From NCBI GenBank assembly GCA_017991395.1, contig JAGOQQ010000001.1, forward strand, positions 33,864 through 97,863: 64,000 nucleotides of DNA, written 5' to 3'. The stretch's first letter is position 1; each line of letters starts with the position of its first letter. The DNA is from Minisyncoccota bacterium. Its GTDB lineage: Bacteria > Patescibacteriota > Minisyncoccia > Phycocordibacterales > UBA9973. The notes under the pieces are model-generated. The model was not told the origin of the DNA. It did not search any database and worked only from the letters and a program-made list of their open reading frames with translations. The translations under genes and the position numbers were made by a program. Shown one piece after another: positions 47,513 to 57,547 of this stretch.

Positions 47513-47556
47513 AAATTCAAAAGAGCGGCGCCCTTGGGCGCCGCTCTTTTGAATTT
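47513..47556. terminator. Long palindromic terminator (20-bp stem) abutting the fusA stop; paralog of 36478-36524
   Basis: aaattcaaaagagcggcgcc cttg ggcgccgctcttttgaattt. Confidence 0.65.
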
Positions 47557-49706
47557 TATTTTCGTGTTTTCACGATTTCGTCTGTCACATTTTGTGGCAC
47601 AACATCATATCGTACGAATTCCATAGTGAATCCTGCACGCCCTTCTGTCATAGATCGTAGGTTTGTCATGTATCCGAACATTTCAGAAAGTGGCACAACT
47701 GCACGCACCACCTTGTTCATTCCTCGGTCTTCCATACCATCGATAAGTCCACGCTTTGATGAAAGTGACCCAGTCACGTCTCCCATAAATTTTTCTGGAG
47801 TAATCACTTCTACCTTCATCATAGGTTCGAGAATCACAGGCCGAGCAAGTTTTGCTGCGTCTTGAACAGCCATTGATGATGCGATTTTGAACGCCATTTC
47901 GTTTGAGTCCACATCGTGGTAACTTCCGTCATAAAGTTCAACTTGTACATCCACCATCTTAAATCCTGCCACCACACCTCGATCAAGTCCTTCTTTAAAT
48001 CCTTTTTCACATGCAGGAATGTATTCGTTTGGAATCACACCTCCCTTAATGTTGTTAACGAATTCAAAGTGATCATCACGCTTCACATTTTTTGGAAGAT
48101 CATCAATATCTTCTTTAGACATAGTCATATCCATTGGCTTCACACGAATACGTACGTGTCCGTAGTTTCCACGTCCTCCAGACTGCTTGATGTACTTTCC
48201 TTCTACTTCTGCATTTCCTGTAATAGTTTCTCGGTATGCTACTTGTGGCTTACCAACGTTTGTTTCCACAGAAAATTCTCGCTTCATTCGGTCCACGATA
48301 ATTTCAAGGTGAAGTTCTCCCATACCTGCGATGATTGTCTCACCTGTTTCTTGGTCAGTAGACACACGGAATGTTGGGTCTTCTTGTGCGAGACGATTGA
48401 GCGCCATACCCATTTTTTCTTGGTCTGCTTTTGTCTTTGGTTCAACACGAAGCGAGATAACTGGTTCTGGGAACACGATTCGGTTGAGCTCTACAGGATT
48501 TGCTTCATCACAAAGTGTGTCTGAAGTAATAGTATCTTTGAGTCCCACCGCAGCGGCGATTTCTCCCGCAAATACTTTCTTCACTTCTTCACGATCGTTT
48601 GCGTGCATTCGCAAGATTCGTCCGATTCGTTCTTTGTTTCGAGTTCGTGGATTGTATACATAACTTCCTGCTTCAAGTGAACCTGAGTACACACGGAAGA
48701 AAATAATTTGTCCTACGAATGGATCTGTCGCAACCTTAAACGCGAGCGCAGAAAAAGGTTCATTGTCAGATGCTTTTCGTTCAACATGTTCATCGTTGTC
48801 TGGATTGATACCTTGAATTGGAGGAATGTCTGTTGGTGCTGGAAGATAGTCTACCACTGCATCAAGTACGAGCTGAACACCTTTGTTTTTGAGCGCACTT
48901 CCTGCAAACACTGGGAAAATTTCGTTTGCAATAACTCCCTTTCGAAGAAGTTTTTTGAGAGTATCAATATCTGGAATTTTTCCTTCGAAGTATTCGTTCA
49001 AGATTTTGTCATCTTGCTCAACGATTTTTTCGATAAGTTCACCGTGGAACTTTTCTGCATCAGCTTTGTACGCTTCAGGGATTTCTTTTTCAACAACCTT
49101 ATTTCCCATTTCACCTTCAAAGTAGTATGCCTTCATCCGAAGAAGGTCAATCACTCCTTCGTGATTTTCTTCAAGACCAATTGGAATTTGTACACGAATC
49201 GCTTTTTTTGAGAGACGATCTAAAATAGTGGCATATGAACGTTCAAATGACGCACCAGTTCGATCGAGTTTGTTGATAAAACAAATACGTGGCACATTTG
49301 CTTCGTCAGCATAACGCCAGTTTGTTTCTGATTGTGGTTCTACTCCAGCCACACCATCAAACACCACCACTGCTCCGTCGAGTACTCGAAGTGAACGCTT
49401 CACTTCTACAGTAAAGTCGATGTGCCCTGGTGTGTCGATAATGTTGAATCGGTGTTTTTTGTTTTTGTCCGCAAGGTCATATGTCGGTGTCCAAAAACAA
49501 GTTACCGCAGCCGATGTGATAGTAATACCACGTTCGCGCTCTTGCTCCATCCAGTCTGTTGTTGTCTCACCATCGTGCACTTCACCGATTTTGTGTGACA
49601 CGCCCGTATAATAAAGCACGCGTTCTGTGGTCGTAGTCTTACCCGCATCAATGTGGGCAATGATTCCGAAATTTCTTACTTTCTCCAATGGATAATCTCT
49701 TTGCAT
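47556..49706 (-). CDS. fusA: Elongation factor G
   Basis: [35 protein letters not shown]..., 716 aa, all EF-G domains. The ORF-track start at 49778 is an upstream over-extension. Confidence 0.95.
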   Translation of the reverse strand: MQRDYPLEKVRNFGIIAHIDAGKTTTTERVLYYTGVSHKIGEVHDGETTTDWMEQERERGITITSAAVTCFWTPTYDLADKNKKHRFNIIDTPGHIDFTVEVKRSLRVLDGAVVVFDGVAGVEPQSETNWRYADEANVPRICFINKLDRTGASFERSYATILDRLSKKAIRVQIPIGLEENHEGVIDLLRMKAYYFEGEMGNKVVEKEIPEAYKADAEKFHGELIEKIVEQDDKILNEYFEGKIPDIDTLKKLLRKGVIANEIFPVFAGSALKNKGVQLVLDAVVDYLPAPTDIPPIQGINPDNDEHVERKASDNEPFSALAFKVATDPFVGQIIFFRVYSGSLEAGSYVYNPRTRNKERIGRILRMHANDREEVKKVFAGEIAAAVGLKDTITSDTLCDEANPVELNRIVFPEPVISLRVEPKTKADQEKMGMALNRLAQEDPTFRVSTDQETGETIIAGMGELHLEIIVDRMKREFSVETNVGKPQVAYRETITGNAEVEGKYIKQSGGRGNYGHVRIRVKPMDMTMSKEDIDDLPKNVKRDDHFEFVNNIKGGVIPNEYIPACEKGFKEGLDRGVVAGFKMVDVQVELYDGSYHDVDSNEMAFKIASSMAVQDAAKLARPVILEPMMKVEVITPEKFMGDVTGSLSSKRGLIDGMEDRGMNKVVRAVVPLSEMFGYMTNLRSMTEGRAGFTMEFVRYDVVPQNVTDEIVKTRK

Positions 49707-49904
49707 GTGTGTGTAATACTTGAATACTAACTCGAGAATGAGTACCGCATTCAAAATGATAATTGTGTGCCTAGACAAATGCCTAAAACATCACTCTAAT
49801 AATTAAAAAAAGCGTTCGATTTGAACGCTCCTAGTATACGACATTTGAAAGATTTTATCAAATAAAAAAACCCACACAATGTGCGGGTTCAAGAAGCATA
49901 AGAA

Positions 49905-50456
49905 TTAAGATTTCACAGGTTTTAATTTGCAAAGTTTTTTATAAGTTGAGACAAGTTGAAGTTTTACTCCTTTTTCTGTTTCAATTAAATCTCCACACAA
50001 TAAACGATGTTTTAATTTTTCAAAAGCTCTCTCTGGTTCTTTGCCCTCTGATACCAGATGAACGACATCGAATGGTTCACCAAAAAAATACAGAGAAGCT
50101 TCGAAAGTCCATTTATTCTGAGAGTAAGATGGACTATTTCGCTTACATATTACTTCGAGTTTGAAATTGTTTTGCAAAAAAAATTTCTCATAATCTTCAA
50201 AATCCAATCCATCACTACGATTAACGTCAGAGTATCCATCAACATAGAATTGAAGCAAGTATTTCTTTTCGTATGCGTGAACTAATTTCGGACAAGATTC
50301 TGCGTGTGAATAATCATAGCCACCACCAGAATGCATAATTTTATAATTACCAATAATGCCTTTCGGTCCAGGGTTTGCACGAAATTTTCTTTCATAAGGA
50401 ATTAGTTTGATTGCATTCTTTTTCCCACACAATGGGCAATCTTTAGATTTTTCCAT
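49905..50456 (-). CDS. Hypothetical protein (CxxC-containing), first gene of a cassette inserted between fusA and rpsG
   Basis: MEKSKDCPLCGKKNAIKL.... No recognised family. Confidence 0.4.
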   Translation of the reverse strand: MEKSKDCPLCGKKNAIKLIPYERKFRANPGPKGIIGNYKIMHSGGGYDYSHAESCPKLVHAYEKKYLLQFYVDGYSDVNRSDGLDFEDYEKFFLQNNFKLEVICKRNSPSYSQNKWTFEASLYFFGEPFDVVHLVSEGKEPERAFEKLKHRLLCGDLIETEKGVKLQLVSTYKKLCKLKPVKS

Positions 50457-50779
50457 TATCTTTTGTTTTTAGTTTTGCTTACACTTGCAGTTTTTTTAGA
50501 TTTCGGCGCATTTTTGGTAATTTCAGTTTCCAAAATAGGCTTAAGTTCAAAAGTATATTCAGTACTTTTTACTTTGTTCTTTTGTCGGATTTTTTTGGTT
50601 ATGGTATACGCAGACAATGGTACAGCAAAAGTTACCCAGTAGAATGTGTAGATATCTCCTGTCAAAAGCCTCTGTCGACTCGAAGAACCCAAAAAAATTG
50701 ATCCCTCAGGGATCAGTATTCCCGTTTCATCGTTAAATCTATGGATACGATATCCTTTTAATTCTTTCTTTCTAATCAT
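50456..50779 (-). CDS. Hypothetical small protein, translationally coupled to the 49905 gene (start/stop overlap)
   Basis: 107 aa with one TM (YTFYWVTFAVPLSAY). Stop overlaps the next gene's start. Confidence 0.4.
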   Translation of the reverse strand: MIRKKELKGYRIHRFNDETGILIPEGSIFLGSSSRQRLLTGDIYTFYWVTFAVPLSAYTITKKIRQKNKVKSTEYTFELKPILETEITKNAPKSKKTASVSKTKNKR

Positions 50780-50796
50780 GATATTTATTTTTTAGT

Positions 50797-50846
50797 GTTA
50801 TTTACCCTAAAACTACTCTTTTTGGAAAATTTGTCAAACAAAAAAA
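50797..50846 (-). promoter_or_regulatory. Repeated ~45-nt upstream element, copy 1 (promoter-like TTGACA...), in front of the 50456..50779 gene
   Basis: Minus-sense tttttgtttgacaaattttccaaaaagagtagttttagggtaaa(taac); 45-nt match to 51681-51725. Confidence 0.4.
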
Positions 50847-50852
50847 CCTGAC

Positions 50853-51660
50853 TCACGTCAGGTTTTTATAAATTGAGAGCATTTCCGATTTAAGGTTTTT
50901 TCGATTTACCTTCTTGTTATCAATCTTGTAATGGTCTTCTAGCAAAAACCATGCCTTCCATCTTCTTAAAAAAATTTTTTGATCTTCTGGAAGAAAACTA
51001 TCATTGAATACTAAAAGTTGCTTTATGAAATAATCCATCGCAGATCGGCGAGCATCCCACACTTTTGTTTTACTACCAGAGAAGGATTTTGCATATACTT
51101 CATCAAGCGAATCCATAATCACATTACGTAGTTTTTTTCTGAAATCTTCCGTGACAAGTTCAAAGCCCAAAGTTATGACAATTAAAGTCTTGGCATTTGT
51201 GGATACAATGAATGCATCGTCACCATCATGTCTTGAAAAATTTCCTGAGAATATCTCTACAAAAATATTTGAAAAAATTCCAAGAAAAACTTCATCCATA
51301 AATTCTTTCTTGTCTATATTGTGACCAGGAATTACAGCTACACTATAATCATGATATTCTCTCTTTATCAGAATATTCTCCAAATCTGAAAGAATTCTTT
51401 TGATATACCGCTGTGGAAAATGGAAATCATCTCTTGGTACAAGACTCCTAAAATCTGGATCTTTCTTGCTCAAAAGTTTTAAAATACCTGTGATGACTAA
51501 AAAGGAAACTTGATCATCCTCCACACTTTCTTCTAAGATCTTATTGAGGCTTTTGATGTCTTCGTTTAAGGTTGCTCCAACAACTCGAACAGCTATTTCA
51601 GCCTTTTTTTGAACATCAAGAAGTCCTCCTCCTGATTTCTGAATTACTTTCTTTCCCATT
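50853..51660 (-). CDS. Hypothetical protein (~269 aa)
   Basis: Likely start is MGKKVIQKSGGGLLDVQKK... at 51660. The ORF-track N-terminal extension covers the repeated upstream element. Confidence 0.45.
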
Positions 51661-51680
51661 ATGTTTTTGTTTTTAGTTTT

Positions 51681-51725
51681 GTTTACCCTAAAACTACTCT
51701 TTTCTGAAATTTTGTCAAACAAAAA
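51681..51725 (-). promoter_or_regulatory. Repeated ~45-nt upstream element, copy 2, in front of the 50853..51660 gene
   Basis: gtttaccctaaaactactcttttctgaaattttgtcaaacaaaaa (plus strand). Confidence 0.4.
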
Positions 51726-51964
51726 TACCCTACCATTATATGGCAGGGTATTGTAATACTTATTACTAAACAATACTATTATTTTCCAAAGGAGGAGGTG
51801 GAAGATCTTTATTTCTCTCTTCTTCTTCCTTTTTTTCTTCCACTGAAAGTTCTCTTGTTGGTGTATTTACGTCAAGATACACTTCTTGTGGTGGTGCTGG
51901 AAGTTTGTTTTCTTCTGATTGTGATGGGAATTGTTCCATAGTCTTATTTTTGTATTATTATAAT

Positions 51965-52265
51965 ACAAAATATTATATCATACAAAAAACACCTTTCGGT
52001 GTTTTTTCTAATAGATTTATTACCAAGCAAAATGTGGGACACATTTCTGGGATAGATTTTGAATTGGGAGATCCAAAATCATATCAAGAAATGCATGCTC
52101 CATTTTGCACTGGTAAAAAGAAAACCGCTTTCGCGGTTGTTCTTTGTTACCAAGCAAAATGGTTGTGTTTTAACAGTTTTTATATATAAAAACTAAAAAA
52201 CACATGCTCCATTTTGCACTGATATAAAAAAATCCCTTTCGGGATTTTTTTCTACCAAGCAAAAT
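51965..52265. repeat. Three tandem ~110-nt modules downstream of rpsG. Each has a copy of the rpsG 3' end (cattttgcttggta, minus sense) plus a distinct rho-independent terminator hairpin
   Basis: ccaagcaaaatg recurs at ~52022, ~52148 and ~52254. catgctccattttgcactg occurs twice. Hairpins: aaaaaacacctttcggtgtttttt, aaaaccgctttcgcggtt, aaaaaaatccctttcgggattttttt. Confidence 0.7.
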
Positions 52266-52722
52266 GGGCAAATGCTTTGTTTGATTCTGCCATTTTGTGG
52301 GTGTCGTCTCGTTTTTTTACAGAAGCTCCTTCACCTTTTGATGCTGCGATGAGTTCATCTGCAAGCTTTACTGCCATTGGCTTTCCTTTTCCACTTCGAG
52401 CTGCTCCGACAATCCATCGTGTCGCGAGTGCGAGTCGTCGTTCTGGTCGAACTTCTCGAGGAACCTGATAGTTTGCACCACCGATTCGTCGTGAACGTAC
52501 TTCCATCACTGGAGATGCGTTTTTGATAGCGAGGTCAAAGATTTCAAGCGGGTTTGGATTTGCTGTCTTTTCTTTGATGATATCAAACGCGCCATAGACC
52601 ACCTTTGAGGCAGCAGTCTTTTTTCCGTCCCACATAACATTGTTAATAAACTTCTGAAGTCTTTCAGAGTTATACAATGGGTCTGGGCCCGGCATATTTC
52701 GATTTTTTACTTTTCTTCGCAT
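52252..52722 (-). CDS. rpsG: 30S ribosomal protein S7
   Basis: MRRKVKNRNMPGPDPLYNSERLQKFINNVMWDGKKTAAS...KAFAHFAW. Confidence 0.9.
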   Translation of the reverse strand: MRRKVKNRNMPGPDPLYNSERLQKFINNVMWDGKKTAASKVVYGAFDIIKEKTANPNPLEIFDLAIKNASPVMEVRSRRIGGANYQVPREVRPERRLALATRWIVGAARSGKGKPMAVKLADELIAASKGEGASVKKRDDTHKMAESNKAFAHFAW

Positions 52723-52785
52723 TCTTTTTGAATGAGTACCCCGCGCTAACCGGATAACTCTTATGTAAATAAATTACGTGTTGGC

Positions 52786-52821
52786 TCCCGAAAGCGGAAC
52801 AACTCAGGAAATCTTTCGGGA
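52786..52821 (-). promoter_or_regulatory. Hairpin in the 127-nt rpsL-rpsG intercistronic region (candidate S7 translational-feedback site)
   Basis: tcccgaaagcggaacaactcaggaaatctttcggga. Confidence 0.3.
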
Positions 52822-52849
52822 TACTTTTTAATGATTGAGAATTTTATTT

Positions 52850-53269
52850 CTACGCCTTCGCTTTTGGTCGCTTGTTACCGTAGAGTGATCGAGACTTTCG
52901 TCGTTTTTCAACTCCAGATGCATCAAGTCGTCCTCGTACAATATGGTATCGTACTCCGATCAAGTCCTTTACACGTCCTCCTCGTAGCATTACTACTGAG
53001 TGTTCTTGGAGATTGTGTCCTTCACCTGGAATATAGGCTGTTACTTCCATTCCGTTTGTAAGTCGTACACGAGCAATCTTTCGGAGCGCTGAGTTTGGCT
53101 TTTTTGGTGTAGTTGTTGAAACTTTTGTACACACACCACGCTTAAATGGAGATGGGTAATATACTGGTCGGTTGTGGATTGTGTTCATTCCACGTGCGAG
53201 AGCCACCGCCTTTGATCGGCGAGTAGTTTTCTTTCGGTTTTTTCGTACGAGTTGATTGATTGTAGGCAT
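52850..53269 (-). CDS. rpsL: 30S ribosomal protein S12 with a short insertion and C-terminal extension
   Basis: [24 protein letters not shown]...[10 protein letters not shown]... Confidence 0.9.
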   Translation of the reverse strand: MPTINQLVRKNRKKTTRRSKAVALARGMNTIHNRPVYYPSPFKRGVCTKVSTTTPKKPNSALRKIARVRLTNGMEVTAYIPGEGHNLQEHSVVMLRGGRVKDLIGVRYHIVRGRLDASGVEKRRKSRSLYGNKRPKAKA

Positions 53270-53356
53270 AATATAAATAAAATAGCCATGAAATGACTAG
53301 TCCACACACTGTACTATACTGGCCCAAAAAACGCAAGGGTCCGAATGACACAAAGG

Positions 53357-56300
53357 TTACCGGAGGGTAACCTTTTCTCGAATAAGCCCATTTTTCACTT
53401 CAATAGATGGAGTTGTGTGTACTTTTGTATATGTCTCATCAGCGTTTTTCTTCTCAATGGTCACATAGTAATTGCCATTTTGAATAAGACAGAAGTATTT
53501 TCCGAGTTCATTTGTCACCTTGTGCGCGACTTCAGTATCAGATCCAGACGTAAATATTCTCAATATCGCAAATGGCACCGGTACACCATCGAGTGTTTTG
53601 ACACTTCCAAATGCCTTGCGTGATACTCCTGTTTCGCGAACAACCATGAAAAATACGTAAGTTCCAAAAATGAAAATATTATAAAACGTTGGTCCAGTCA
53701 AAAGTGCAATGACTGAGAAGAAAAATCCAAGTCCAAAAAAAGCATCTGATATCCGCGCAATGACCAAATCTTTCTTTGAGAAAAATTTCATGAGCTTCTG
53801 ATCTCGTTTTGCAAATTCATTCCAATCAAATCCAATTGGATCCATCGGAATATTTCGAATCAACACATCACCCTGTGACTTCACTTCAATCTCTGTTCCA
53901 TAATACAAATCAAGATACAATTCATCCCGAGTCTTCCCTGCAAGTTTAATCGAAGGAAATTGATAGTGCGTTTTTTTAGCAACCATTCTATATGAACCTG
54001 GTGGCACGAGGAATCCATATCGCCCATCCATGTCGGTAATAGAAGTAGCGACTTCCTTCCCTTGCACATCATAAAGAGCCACAATCACCGGATCAAGTGG
54101 TTGCTTTGTCACAGAATCATACACAGTTCCCCAAGGACGATTTCGTTTCTTCAGTCCAAATGCATTCAATATCAATGTCCAAATTCGATATGGAATAAAC
54201 ACCACTTCAGTAAATGAAAATGGATTCAAAAAGAGTACTGGTGCCACACTAAACACTGCTCCCATCACAAGACCGACCACGGCAATAATCTGCGCGAGAG
54301 GATTTAAGTTTGGAGCATTCAAAATACGATCAACTTGATCATATGTGTCTTCAGTTATATCTTGAACTATACAAAAAGTATGAATGACTTCATTTTGTAT
54401 TACTTGAAAGACTGTAGCATTTGCGGGTAAATCTACATCACATCTATCCACTTCACCGAGCACATTTGGTCCATCATTTGGATTTTCATCTCCCGGCAAT
54501 TCTGGCTCATCTGGGACTACAGGATTATCTGGATTGTTGGGATCATCCGTAATTGGACCACCATTATAATTTGGATCAGGAAGTACCTCCTCTGTTGGCG
54601 TATCATCATCTGGCAAAACTGGCGTAAGTGTATTTACCTCACTTTGATCAAATGGAGAAATACATCCACTGTCACCACCAGAACCAGGTGCAAAATCAAT
54701 GTTTCCGTCGCCATCATTGTCGACACCATCACTACACACAGGCAACACAGTCTCGACATTATACTCATTATTATCAAATGGAGTTTGGCATCCCGGATCA
54801 GACATATCTACCAATCCATCACCGTCATCGTCTCCAGCATTATTACATTGAAAGGGTGAGTTGTTTTGCCCATTTGATTCATCATTGTCTCCATACGACT
54901 CACAGCCCGTATCACTTGGATAATCAGTAAATCCATCACCATCATTGTCCGCATTGTCTGCACACTGGTGTGGTGTTGAACCACTTCCTCCCCCGCTACT
55001 TCCTTGGCTTATTACGATTGAGAAAGATTTTGTATCAGAATAAAATTCTCCCGGACTTACCGCATCCACGGCACGCATTTCAAATGTATATGTCCCTGCG
55101 GTCGTCGGAGTACCTGTAAGATCAGTCCCTGAAAATGAAAGTCCTGTCGGCAAACTTCCCGAAACAAGTTCAAGTGACACAGTTCCCTGAGAATTTGAAA
55201 TAGTAAAAGACTGCGAATATGAATCACCCACTGTGTGAGCAGAATCAATAGAAGACGTGGTGAATGTCGGCATTTCATACACAGATACTCGAGAATTTCC
55301 GGCATCTGCGACGTAGAGTCTGCGTGTGCCTGATTCAAAAAATATTCCTTCTGGTTGGTGAAATCCGTCTTCTTCAGTGGTGTCAGTCGATGCCACAAAT
55401 GTAGTTTGACCGATCACACCAATGGCATCTTCTCCATCTGTAATTTCCGCGACATCAAACACCATGACACGATCGGCAATTTCATCTGTTACAAAAAGTG
55501 AATGAGAATCTTGATCGTATGCAAGAGCGCGCGATGTAGCAAAATCACTCTGACTCGTAGCATTGTCATCAGTAGTAAAATCAGTTGCACCAAGTACATG
55601 GATTGCATTTTCACCACTTACGATTGTTGCTATATCAAACACTAAAATTCGACTATCATTGTCTGTCACAAAAAGTCTATCGCCTTCTCTGTCGAGCGCA
55701 ATCCCTGTCGGACTCATAAGTGATGCTTGATCCACTTCCAAATCAGCAGAGTCAAAATCAGTTTGTCCGAGCTCGTATACTGCAGGCTCACCATCTATTA
55801 TTGTCGCTACATCAAACACCATCACGCGATGGTCCGCTGAATCTGCAACATATAAAAGTTGTGTATCTTCATCTATGGCAAGGCCTACTTCTGGTGTGGT
55901 GAGTGCGTCTTGAGCTGGCCCAAAACCTGGCGTTACAAAATCCGGAGCACCGAGTACGTATATCGCATTCTCACCTGTTGTCACAGTAGCCACGTCGTAG
56001 ACAACGACGCGAGAATTCGATGAATCCGTGACAAATAGGCGATTTGTTGTCGCATCAAATGCCACTGAGTGAGGTATTGCAAGTCCTGATTGAGTGGTCG
56101 CAGCGGAAATGGTAAGAAAATCTGCTTGCCCGAGCACATAATCAGGCATTTCATCAACAAGCTCATTCGAAGAATTCAAATCAAACACCAACACACGATT
56201 GTGCTCTGGATCTGCTGCAAAAAGACGGTGATTTACAGTATCGATTGCAATATCATGAGCTTCGTCAAAAGTATAGATAGCAAAATTTGATGCACTTCCA

Positions 56301-57514
56301 AGTGTAAAATCCATTTCTCCATCACCATCCAAATGTCCGAGCCCGTCTACGGCATTTTCACCGTCTGTGATTGCAGTAACATCAAAAATCATCACGCGAT
56401 TATTGGTCGAGTCAGCAACGTACAATGTATCGTCATCATAGACATACAATCCACGTGGCGCGCTGAGTCCAGTTTGAGAGGTCGTTGCTGTTGCAGTAAC
56501 AAAATCGGACTGTCCGAGAACTGCCACCGCGTTTTCGCCGTCCGTGATTGCAGTTACATCAAATTTCAACACACGATTGTTTGACGTGTCGGTTGTATAC
56601 AAATATGCACCTGCACTACTATCACCCCACACAGCGTTTGGCTGGTTACAGCCTGATTGAGTTGTGGCAGTGAGAGCGCTATTTGCATCTACCTGGCACA
56701 ATACATTTGCCGAAGCTTCACCATCAGTAAGTACAGTGAGGTCATATGAAAGTATACGGTGATTTTTGGTGTCTGCGACAAACAATCGCGGTGATACTTT
56801 GTTCTCAAAAAACACACCCCGAGGAAATTTAAGGGTGGTAGATGAAGTTCCAGATGTTCCTGGATTTCCGAGATGATTTACATACAATTCTCCATTTGTA
56901 ATTGCAGAAACATCAAACACACTGATTCGGTGATTCGCAGAATCGGCAACAAACAGCCGATCACCGGTGTCATCAAAAAATAATTGATATGGTGCGTTCA
57001 TGCTTGCTGAGTTCCCCCCAGCACCTGCAGTGTTAAAATCACCCTGTCCGAGGACATTTGAAGCAATTTCAAAGTCTGTCACAGTACTTACATCAAACAC
57101 CATCACGCGATTGTTGCCGGTATCAGAGACAAAAAGTCGTAATCCTGTCTGGTCAAGCGCAAGGTGTGTGGGTGAAGAAAAAGTCCGGTGCGAAGTACTA
57201 CTTGTGATCTCATCAAAGTCTGTCTGACCAAGTACATTGTCTGCAATTCTATCGATGAGCTCATTGTTTACATCCAGATTAAATACAAGGACACGATGAT
57301 GTGCATTGTCTGAGACAAAAAGTCGGTGATTGACGGTATCCATCACCATGTCATACGCATTTACTACTTCATCATTAGTGTTGTACAAATGATCTACAAA
57401 TGTATTTTCTGGCTGAAAATTTCCCCCCGCACTAAAAACCGCACTAGGTGGAAGCACCATGAGCAACAACATGAACACAATAGTAGGTTTTTTAAAAAAA
57501 CGAAAAAACTGCAT
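53357..57514 (-). CDS. Giant (1385 aa) cell-surface protein. Signal peptide, multiple NHL-repeat beta-propellers, Asp/Cys-rich Ca-binding-like repeats, and a C-terminal membrane region with two CarboxypepD_reg-like domains
   Basis: NHL motifs (NHRVLVFDL, NNRVMVFDV, YVADSTNNRVMIFDV, many more). CADNADNDGDGFTDYPSDTGC / CNNAGDDDGDGLVDMSDPGC / CSDGVDNDGDGNIDF repeats. PWGTVYDSVTKQPLDPVIVALYDVQGKEVATSITDMDGRYGF, flanked by TM helices. Confidence 0.75.
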   Translation of the reverse strand: MQFFRFFKKPTIVFMLLLMVLPPSAVFSAGGNFQPENTFVDHLYNTNDEVVNAYDMVMDTVNHRLFVSDNAHHRVLVFNLDVNNELIDRIADNVLGQTDFDEITSSTSHRTFSSPTHLALDQTGLRLFVSDTGNNRVMVFDVSTVTDFEIASNVLGQGDFNTAGAGGNSASMNAPYQLFFDDTGDRLFVADSANHRISVFDVSAITNGELYVNHLGNPGTSGTSSTTLKFPRGVFFENKVSPRLFVADTKNHRILSYDLTVLTDGEASANVLCQVDANSALTATTQSGCNQPNAVWGDSSAGAYLYTTDTSNNRVLKFDVTAITDGENAVAVLGQSDFVTATATTSQTGLSAPRGLYVYDDDTLYVADSTNNRVMIFDVTAITDGENAVDGLGHLDGDGEMDFTLGSASNFAIYTFDEAHDIAIDTVNHRLFAADPEHNRVLVFDLNSSNELVDEMPDYVLGQADFLTISAATTQSGLAIPHSVAFDATTNRLFVTDSSNSRVVVYDVATVTTGENAIYVLGAPDFVTPGFGPAQDALTTPEVGLAIDEDTQLLYVADSADHRVMVFDVATIIDGEPAVYELGQTDFDSADLEVDQASLMSPTGIALDREGDRLFVTDNDSRILVFDIATIVSGENAIHVLGATDFTTDDNATSQSDFATSRALAYDQDSHSLFVTDEIADRVMVFDVAEITDGEDAIGVIGQTTFVASTDTTEEDGFHQPEGIFFESGTRRLYVADAGNSRVSVYEMPTFTTSSIDSAHTVGDSYSQSFTISNSQGTVSLELVSGSLPTGLSFSGTDLTGTPTTAGTYTFEMRAVDAVSPGEFYSDTKSFSIVISQGSSGGGSGSTPHQCADNADNDGDGFTDYPSDTGCESYGDNDESNGQNNSPFQCNNAGDDDGDGLVDMSDPGCQTPFDNNEYNVETVLPVCSDGVDNDGDGNIDFAPGSGGDSGCISPFDQSEVNTLTPVLPDDDTPTEEVLPDPNYNGGPITDDPNNPDNPVVPDEPELPGDENPNDGPNVLGEVDRCDVDLPANATVFQVIQNEVIHTFCIVQDITEDTYDQVDRILNAPNLNPLAQIIAVVGLVMGAVFSVAPVLFLNPFSFTEVVFIPYRIWTLILNAFGLKKRNRPWGTVYDSVTKQPLDPVIVALYDVQGKEVATSITDMDGRYGFLVPPGSYRMVAKKTHYQFPSIKLAGKTRDELYLDLYYGTEIEVKSQGDVLIRNIPMDPIGFDWNEFAKRDQKLMKFFSKKDLVIARISDAFFGLGFFFSVIALLTGPTFYNIFIFGTYVFFMVVRETGVSRKAFGSVKTLDGVPVPFAILRIFTSGSDTEVAHKVTNELGKYFCLIQNGNYYVTIEKKNADETYTKVHTTPSIEVKNGLIREKVTLR

Positions 57515-57547
57515 ATATTTAAATTATATCACAGTACTTGAAGTGGA

